Source: a virus
Strand: one strand, 5' to 3'
DNA: 64,000 nt
Virus record (IMG/VR): IMGVR_UViG_3300009964_000001
Span: 86,602 to 150,601 of that record
Made by a program: the position numbers and the translations under genes. Under the pieces are notes generated by a model. That model was not told where the DNA came from, ran no database searches, and was given only the letters and a program-made list of their open reading frames with translations. This document shows positions 58,242-64,000 of this stretch, piece after piece (the stretch's first letter is position 1; each line of letters begins with the position of its first letter).

Positions 58242-59207
58242 TCATTTAGTCGTAGTTTGTTTCTTCTTGATGATTATCCTAAAATAAGAACATTTCCCAT
58301 TCACAGATAAACATTTCCCATCGTTTCCCTTTCTGGAACCCACAATCTCAAATTGGCGTGGATCGAATTTATGTAAGAATGTTATCGGAACTCCCATATA
58401 ACCACTGTAATCTCGTGGTATGTCCTTAGTCCTATCAACATTTATACCATCATAATTGTCATATTTGGGATATTCATGTTCATGTCCATAGTAGCTTTTG
58501 GTAAGCGAGATCTCTTTATGTCGCATAAAGTTGTCCAAATTCGTAAGCCACAGACAATTGTTGGTAGATACAATCCTGTTACCAGATTCGTCTATCCTTG
58601 TTTCTGTTCCGTAGAGTTCATAATGAGCTGGTACAACAAACCCAGAAAATCCTCTCGCAATATTCACACCAAGCCATGCCTTACCCTCTTGAATGAGCTT
58701 GAAAATCTCTTTATAAGTGATGGCGTTGATATTCCCAATAATGAGAAAGAGCTTATCGTATATGACTAATTGTGCCACATACTCACGGAACAACGAAAAT
58801 GGTGGATTGGTAACAACTATGTCAGATTGTTCCAGCAAGTCGATACTTTCTTGACTACGAAAGTCGCCATCGCCCTTGAAGTGGACAACATTGGCGGTCT
58901 TAGGATCTGCATCAACAAGTTCTGTCCCTGTGTATTCAAAGAAAAAGCCACGACTGTTTTCCTTATAACAAGATGCAATTACCTTCTTAAGTCCCAATTC
59001 TTTGAAATTAGAAACGAAGTATCTGAAAAAGTTACTCGTCAAAGGATCATCACAATTGCAATACACAACTTTCCCCTTAAAATGGCTTTCATAATGTCGC
59101 AATTCTCTTTCGATATCAATAAGTTGCGTGTAGAACTCGTCGTTCTTCTGCTTTTTAGCCTTCTGAAGCAACTCGTTAGTAACCTTTCTTACCATACTTC
59201 GATTCAA
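58242..59207 (-). CDS. N6-adenine DNA methyltransferase (gamma-class-like)
   Basis: NDEFYTQ (xEFYTP-like) near N-terminus and catalytic IVVTNPPFSL motif. Confidence 0.6.
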   Translation of the reverse strand: MNRSMVRKVTNELLQKAKKQKNDEFYTQLIDIERELRHYESHFKGKVVYCNCDDPLTSNFFRYFVSNFKELGLKKVIASCYKENSRGFFFEYTGTELVDADPKTANVVHFKGDGDFRSQESIDLLEQSDIVVTNPPFSLFREYVAQLVIYDKLFLIIGNINAITYKEIFKLIQEGKAWLGVNIARGFSGFVVPAHYELYGTETRIDESGNRIVSTNNCLWLTNLDNFMRHKEISLTKSYYGHEHEYPKYDNYDGINVDRTKDIPRDYSGYMGVPITFLHKFDPRQFEIVGSRKGNDGKCLSVNGKCSYFRIIIKKKQTTTK

Positions 59208-59252
59208 GTTTTAATTATTCTTCTGTTTGGAGACATGTGCATGGAAGACTTA

Positions 59253-59720
59253 CTAAGTCCGTACAATGTAAGCATCATAACCATATCGCAAATCGTCGAA
59301 ATGCGAGCTTAGATGTTTATAGCAACCACTTATGGTCAGATATGCGTAATAGTCCGACCTTGAGTTGTAGTTACCATTTTGATAGTCATAACAAGCATTA
59401 ATGAAGTTGTTTATAACCTTCTTCAATTTGGCGATAGTCTTGTCAACCTCTTCAGCGGACTTCCAACGTAAACTACGTAGTTTCACCCACATAATGAAGT
59501 CATCGATCTCTCGTTGATTCCTTTTTATAGTGAGCTTAAACTCATAGGGACTGTCATAAGGATCATCTTTGATTGGTGTCCGTGTCTTTGTTGTTGTTAT
59601 CTCAACTTCAAACATCGGTTCTCCATCGTAGTATGTCGTCTGTGATGATTGATATATCTTGATATTCGTCTTGTACACACCTTTATCAAGACCTTCGTAA
59701 AACTCTGTAGGACTAATCAT
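59253..59720 (-). CDS. Hypothetical protein
   Basis: 155-aa ORF. Confidence 0.4.
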   Translation of the reverse strand: MISPTEFYEGLDKGVYKTNIKIYQSSQTTYYDGEPMFEVEITTTKTRTPIKDDPYDSPYEFKLTIKRNQREIDDFIMWVKLRSLRWKSAEEVDKTIAKLKKVINNFINACYDYQNGNYNSRSDYYAYLTISGCYKHLSSHFDDLRYGYDAYIVRT

Positions 59721-60014
59721 CGATCTTTTGGTTTAGTAGAGGTCTTCAGAATAAAGAATCGTCTTTTCATCATCGACCTCTATTTGACCAGCCATCTTTG
59801 CTATCTTACAAGCTTCATGCCTATCAACAAATCTCCCAAAGGAAGTGTAAAAGCCTTGATCTTCTGGTTTTTTGGAGACTTCACCTTTAAACCTTATGAA
59901 TATGTCGTGGTGACGATATCCGATTTCTATGAGGTGGATGTCATTGCAGTGATAGTTTCACTTCTCTCTCGGTACTATCCTCTTTATTGCAGAACAGAGA
60001 ATACGTTCCATTAC

Positions 60015-60233
60015 CTATGATTGATTGTCGATGACCTTTGTGACAGCTCCAAACTTTTTCAACTTTTCTCCGAGATCAAGAACATCTTGCTCGTTCTCTG
60101 ATTCATAAAGAACTTGCTCATTTTGTCGAACAAGTTCCATTGCAATACTAAGTGAGATCTTTCGGTGATCCATTAAGCACTTTATAACTTGAAGAGGTGC
60201 TTGACCTTTGTCTATGAGAATCAACTTGATCAT
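60015..60233 (-). CDS. Ribosomal protein L7/L12 C-terminal-domain-like (or ClpS-like) small protein
   Basis: APLQVIKCLMDHRKISLSIAMELV...DVLDLGEKLKKFGAVTKV matches L7/L12 CTD pattern K-V-I-K...G-L-S-L-x-E-A-K...A-x-x-L-K-x-K-L-E-x-A-G-A. Confidence 0.4.
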   Translation of the reverse strand: MIKLILIDKGQAPLQVIKCLMDHRKISLSIAMELVRQNEQVLYESENEQDVLDLGEKLKKFGAVTKVIDNQS

Positions 60234-60246
60234 GTTGTTGATATTT

Positions 60247-61263
60247 TTATTGTTTCTCTAACTGATTTCTAACCGCCGTCTCGAAGAAGGTCAAGAAGGT
60301 GATCGCATCTTCTCTTCTTGCAAACAAGAAATAACCAATATCCACACCTTCAAAAGTCACCATATGTTTATACTTCTCGATTGATCTGATAATCATCCTT
60401 GGAGGGGATGAGAAGAAATATTCATTGAGGATATGGTGGGTGATGATATTACATGCTTCGGAAACAGCATTGTTATGATCTTCGCCTAGATTGTGACAAA
60501 TATCTTTTATCTTTCCGCTAATCCCTAGACATCCGTAACATGTTAAGATTATATCATCAGTGATGGTGGACTTCTTCAGATATGCATTGAGGTTCACTTT
60601 AGGTCTGTCTGAATCTGTGTAATCTCCCCATTTTCCATCATAGAGCCTTCTATAAAATATGATGGATTCATATAAACCGATATGTGGAGTAACGCAATCT
60701 TGTGTTGATTTATCGAAGTGACTATTGATTGTTTGGTATGCATTGCAGATGCGGTGTGCAACAATCCTATATCCTACATTGATATATCCAAGGATTGTGC
60801 TTTCATCATAAGGTGTTACAGCAGAGATCCAGCGGACACAATCGTCGTCATCATCACTTGCATATTGGATTTCGAAGTCAAACTCTGGGATGAATTTATC
60901 GCTGTGTTCCTTGCATCTCTCGAAGATCTTTCGCATAGCATAGGAAACACATTCATAGACATTGCCATATAGTTTCTCTGACCTATCAATGTACTTACCA
61001 CCTTCATACAGATAGGTCTTGTAATAGACATTCTCATTCCCAGTCATGGTCTCTTCTGTGCAGTCGATAGATAGTTCATTTTCATCACCCAATGAACGTG
61101 GTGTCTGCACATGGAAAACTGCTTTTCGAGAAACAGTTTTCCCTTCACCAATTTCTACCTCACCAATTTCTACCTCATCGTTTGCAACAAAAATGTCATA
61201 ACAATATGGAGCTGTGTTATACATGAGGAGATTTGGGATTGAACCATTTTCCAGATTGTTCAT
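60247..61263 (-). CDS. Hypothetical protein
   Basis: 338-aa ORF. Confidence 0.45.
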   Translation of the reverse strand: MNNLENGSIPNLLMYNTAPYCYDIFVANDEVEIGEVEIGEGKTVSRKAVFHVQTPRSLGDENELSIDCTEETMTGNENVYYKTYLYEGGKYIDRSEKLYGNVYECVSYAMRKIFERCKEHSDKFIPEFDFEIQYASDDDDDCVRWISAVTPYDESTILGYINVGYRIVAHRICNAYQTINSHFDKSTQDCVTPHIGLYESIIFYRRLYDGKWGDYTDSDRPKVNLNAYLKKSTITDDIILTCYGCLGISGKIKDICHNLGEDHNNAVSEACNIITHHILNEYFFSSPPRMIIRSIEKYKHMVTFEGVDIGYFLFARREDAITFLTFFETAVRNQLEKQ

Positions 61264-61286
61264 GATTGTTCATGATTTTTCTTGAG

Positions 61287-61360
61287 TGTTCCAAGTAGGC
61301 TTTGAACCTACGACCTACTGATTATGAGTCAGTTGCTCTGACCGACTGAGCTATTGGAAC
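61287..61360 (-). tRNA. tRNA-Met (anticodon CAT; could be elongator Met, initiator or Ile-lysidine)
   Basis: Acceptor GTTCCAA/TTGGAAC, D GCTC-AGTCGGTCA-GAGC, anticodon ACTGA-CTCATAA-TCAGT, T-arm GTAGG-TTCAAAG-CCTAC. Confidence 0.8.
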
Positions 61361-61389
61361 ATTTTTCATCTTTCTTATTAACAGTGTTT

Positions 61390-61935
61390 TTAGAACGTTT
61401 TACTGTATCCAAAAACATCGCAAAGATCCACCAATGAATCATTCTCGAGTATCTCGTGGACATTGTTGTAAACAGTGCCAAGAAGATTCGATCCTCTCCA
61501 CTTTGATTTGTCCAAGATACGAAGATCATTTTCTGCAAGTCCACATCCCCAGATTTTGTCATAAGGACTAGCTTCTACAAATTCATAACCTTCATCGATC
61601 AGTTTCTTGTAGTGATCTCGGATTTCCTTAGAAGATCTCAACTTCATCATCACCACAAAGAGCATCACGTCATATCTCACTGATGACCATTTTCCGTCAT
61701 TGTAATTCCGAACAAGTCTTCCAAGCTCTTTACAAAAACGAGGATTATATGAGTTCTTGAGGATTTCCATTACGATATCTTCATCTCCGAAGTACTTCGC
61801 TTTCAAGAACATGAACAAAGATTCACCACAGTGAAACACAAGACCTTCGTAGAAAATCTCGGATTTGTAAAAGTTACTATAAAAATCCGAACCTGTAAAG
61901 AAAGCTACCAATTTCTGGTCTTTGAAAATCTTCAT
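61390..61935 (-). CDS. NADAR-domain (YbiA/DUF1768) protein; track ORF extended to 61980 overlaps tRNA-Lys, start trimmed to MKIFKDQ
   Basis: FYEGLVFHCGESLFMFLKAKYF...ASPYDKIWGCGL...GSNLLGTVY matches NADAR motifs. Confidence 0.7.
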   Translation of the reverse strand: MKIFKDQKLVAFFTGSDFYSNFYKSEIFYEGLVFHCGESLFMFLKAKYFGDEDIVMEILKNSYNPRFCKELGRLVRNYNDGKWSSVRYDVMLFVVMMKLRSSKEIRDHYKKLIDEGYEFVEASPYDKIWGCGLAENDLRILDKSKWRGSNLLGTVYNNVHEILENDSLVDLCDVFGYSKTF

Positions 61936-61953
61936 CGAGTTTTTTTTCTTTTG

Positions 61954-62026
61954 TGATTCCAGTGGGGATCGAACCCACAACCCCTACATTAAAAGTGTAG
62001 TGCTCTACCTGTTGAGCTATGAAATC
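61954..62026 (-). tRNA. tRNA-Lys (anticodon TTT)
   Basis: Acceptor GATTTCA/TGGAATC (one GU), D GCTC-AACAGGTA-GAGC, anticodon CTACA-CTTTTAA-TGTAG, T-arm GTGGG-TTCGATC-CCCAC. Confidence 0.8.
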
Positions 62027-62203
62027 TGAACCAGTATTAAGCAATCTCTCAATAACCAATGATTGATCAATGATTGATCGTTTCGATGTTCTTATTGTAG
62101 ATGTCAAGATGTTAGTTTCATTGATGATTTTCGAGGATTTTTGGAGGTTGTTGTTTTAGAGATTGAAGAAATGTGTCATGATGTATTATTGAATTGATAT
62201 GCT

Positions 62204-62307
62204 TTAAAGGAAGGTACTTTCCTTGTCCTCGAAGACATTGGGTGGGGTAGAAATAGCGGAAAGTATATCAGAGTGCAAGGAAAGTACCTTCCTGTAATCA
62301 GAAGAGG
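62204..62307. repeat. IR-bounded ~105-bp element, copy C (inverted relative to E)
   Basis: Arms TTAAAGGAAGGTACTTTCCTTG / CAAGGAAAGTACCTTCCTGTAATCAGAAGAGG; core AATAGCGGAAAGTATATCAGAG. Confidence 0.7.
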
Positions 62308-62473
62308 TATTCTGTCCAATGATGGGTTTCTGTCGGAAGACAATGATTATTTCCAAGGACTATTGGAAGACTATGACTAACAATGAAAGACTATGACTAA
62401 CAATGATTGATAATGGAAAGCAATCAAGGATCATCAAAGGGCTATTGGAAGATAATAGTTAGCAATTATCGAA

Positions 62474-62580
62474 TTAAAGGAAGATACTTTCCTTGCACTC
62501 GAAGCTATTCAAGAATATGAAAATAGCGGAGACCATATCAGAGCGCAAGGAAAGTACCAAGGAGAGCCAAGGAGAGGTAT
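62474..62580. repeat. IR-bounded ~105-bp element, copy D (right arm truncated)
   Basis: TTAAAGGAAGATACTTTCCTTG ... AATAGCGGAGACCATATCAGAGCGCAAGGAAAGTACC. Confidence 0.65.
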
Positions 62581-62679
62581 TTGAGAAGGTTATGGTCTCC
62601 TTGCCACATTTATGAATATTGGTTCAGTATTAGTTGGAAGATATTGATTAATCGGTTCGGGGGATTTAGTGAAGGTCTT

Positions 62680-62760
62680 TTTTAAAGTTTTACATGCGTT
62701 TTTTAAAGTTTTACATGCGTGCGCTTTTTTTGGAGTTTTACGTGCGTTTTTTTAGAAGTT
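62680..62760. repeat. Short direct repeats TTTTAAAGTTTTACATGCGT x2 and variants GAGTTTTACGTGCGT, AAGTTTCGTAACACGCAC
   Basis: Seen in sequence; further variant at about 62974. Confidence 0.6.
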
Positions 62761-62840
62761 TCGTAACACGCACCTGGTACTATTGGTTTAAACTGGAAAT
62801 TTAAAAACATGCGCTAAACATGTTCCTGCGCACAATGTAT

Positions 62841-62891
62841 GGTTTGGGGCAGCCTGGCTTGGCACTATCGTGCCAAGGCTGACCCCAAACC
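62841..62891. repeat. GC-rich long imperfect hairpin (GGTTTGGGGCAGCCTGGCTTGGCAC-tatc-GTGCCAAGGCTGACCCCAAACC) in AT-rich non-coding region
   Basis: 9-bp and 8-bp perfect segments flanking imperfect middle. Confidence 0.6.
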
Positions 62892-63379
62892 AGTTGTAAA
62901 TACTTCGTATTTACGATAAAAATTTTAAAAAATAACGCATGCGTATACGGGTATACACGGGAATACACGCGTTTTTTAAAGTTTCGTGTGTGCGCACGGT
63001 GTGTCGACTTTCGAAGATTAATCTGATGAATCCTCCAATTTTCAACTTTCCATTCAAAATCAGTCATAATCTTTGATGATGATCTTTCAATTTCAATCTC
63101 TCTTTGATTAATAGCCATTGTCTTTCCAAAGAATCATAAATATTGTGGAATCAATAGCTTTCTTCTTGGATTTCCAGTATTCTGGGATTCATAAAGAGAC
63201 TGATTTTGATTTGTCAACTTTCCTTTCCACAATAGAACCATTTAATGATTGTCTTTTGTCTTCAAAACGATTATTATTAAATGGGCGGAAATCTATGATT
63301 CAGACGAGAAAGTCATCTTCTATTAATCAATCTTTCAATCTTTGTATAGAAAGTTTCTACTTTGTGGACTGATATCGAT

Positions 63380-63640
63380 TCTTTGTATTTCAATGATCAA
63401 TCATTAATCTTTCAAAGTCTTCAAAGAATCATCAATGATCAGTCATTGTCTTTGATTGTCTTCCACAGTCTTTGATGATCAGTCATTGTCTTCCACAGTC
63501 TTTGATTATCCTTTGTTATCAGTCATTGTCTTTGATAATCCTTCATAATCCTTGGAAATGACCATTGTCCTTCAATAGTCCTTCAAAGTCTTCCCATAAT
63601 CCTTGGGAAATGGTCGATAATGACCCATTGTCTTCCGACA
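63380..63640. repeat. Degenerate short direct repeats (CATTGTCTT, AGTCTTTGAT, TCAGTCATTGTCTTCCACAGTCTTTGAT variants; iteron-like)
   Basis: Seen in sequence. Confidence 0.5.
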
Positions 63641-63663
63641 GAAACCCACCATTTAACAGAATA

Positions 63664-63770
63664 CCTCTTCTGATTACAGGAAGGTACTTTCCTTGAGCTT
63701 GAGTATAGTTTCCGCTATTTTCATATTCTTAAACCACTTCGAGGACAAGGAAAGTACCTTCCTTTAATTC
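63664..63770. repeat. IR-bounded ~105-bp element, copy E
   Basis: CCTCTTCTGATTACAGGAAGGTACTTTCCTTG ... CAAGGAAAGTACCTTCCTTTAATTC; core is reverse complement of C/D core. Confidence 0.7.
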
Positions 63771-63804
63771 AACCATTGTCGATTATTGTCTTTCAATGAT
63801 CCTT

Positions 63805-64000
63805 GATTGTTGTCATAGTCTTTGATTGTTGTCATAGTCTTTGATTGTTGTCATAGTCTTTGATTGTTGTCATAGTCTTCCATTGTTGTCATAGTCTTTG
63901 ATTGTTGTCATAGTCTTTGATTGTTGTCATAGTCTTTGATTGTTGTCATAGTCTTTGATTGTTGTCATAGTCTTTGATTGTTGTCATAGTCTTTGATTGT
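63805..64000. repeat. Perfect 19-bp tandem repeat GATTGTTGTCATAGTCTTT, at least 10 copies (one variant), running to window end
   Basis: Period confirmed at 63805, 63824, 63843, 63862, 63900, 63919, 63938, 63957, 63976. Confidence 0.9.

Noticed and set aside
59649-60020. Plus-strand ORF 59649..60020
   Set aside because: It overlaps two better-supported minus-strand genes in a uniformly minus-strand island.
63118-63372. ORF 63118..63372 (and 62801..63118-) as genes
   Set aside because: They lie within the repeat-rich non-coding terminal region with no start context or coding-like composition.
63805-64000. Possible CRISPR array
   Set aside because: The 19-bp units are contiguous tandem repeats with no interspersed unique spacers and no cas genes nearby. 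Treated as a satellite/iteron array instead.

Overview
This 64-kb window looks like part of a large T4-like (Tevenvirinae-like) myovirus genome. Almost all genes are on the plus strand up to about 56 kb. Between about 56.3 and 62.0 kb lies a minus-strand accessory island, followed by a roughly 2-kb non-coding, repeat-rich region at the window end.

Recognisable modules, in order:
- Nucleotide metabolism: thymidylate synthase, three tandem DHFR-like/dUTPase-like two-domain genes (only the third a canonical DHFR), and an NPCGE-type ribonucleotide reductase.
- An HU-like DNA-binding protein, then a PurA-family enzyme with an unusual P-loop (GSSGKGK) followed by adenylosuccinate lyase (PurB), a MazG-like pyrophosphohydrolase and, further downstream, an HD phosphohydrolase. 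Together these resemble the 2-aminoadenine (Z-base) DNA pathway (PurZ/MazZ/DatZ).
- A gp17-like large terminase that is disrupted in three ways: the N-terminal segment with the Walker A P-loop is missing, an intein (Hint) module sits at the P-loop position, and the ATPase and nuclease domains are in separate ORFs.
- A family-B DNA polymerase ORF that stops after motif A, followed directly by a GroES/GroEL pair.
- A gp32-like SSB, a Zn-ribbon/TOPRIM primase, and ten tandem paralogous small acidic genes (the paralog array, 25.9-30.3 kb).
- Structural and other genes: a second GroES-like protein, a protein built of 20-aa repeats, a gp55-like late sigma factor, an NfeD-like/SPFH pair, a Dda-like helicase, a clamp loader, a prohead protease/scaffold, a gp23-like major capsid protein, UvsX and a gp41-like helicase.
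- The minus-strand island: tRNAs (His, Ser, Tyr, Met, Lys plus one anomalous tRNA-like gene and one fragment), an N6-adenine methyltransferase, an L7/L12-CTD-like protein, a NADAR-domain protein and a small Cys-rich ORF bracketed by near-identical hairpins.

Recurrent non-coding signals:
- A T4-late-promoter-like motif TTTAAATAAC(G/A)AAA upstream of many genes.
- A roughly 105-bp element bounded by inverted repeats, present in five copies.
- A G10/C7 palindrome.
- 19-bp tandem repeats running to the window end.

The ORF track sometimes uses non-ATG or too-upstream starts; better starts are noted where they were seen.
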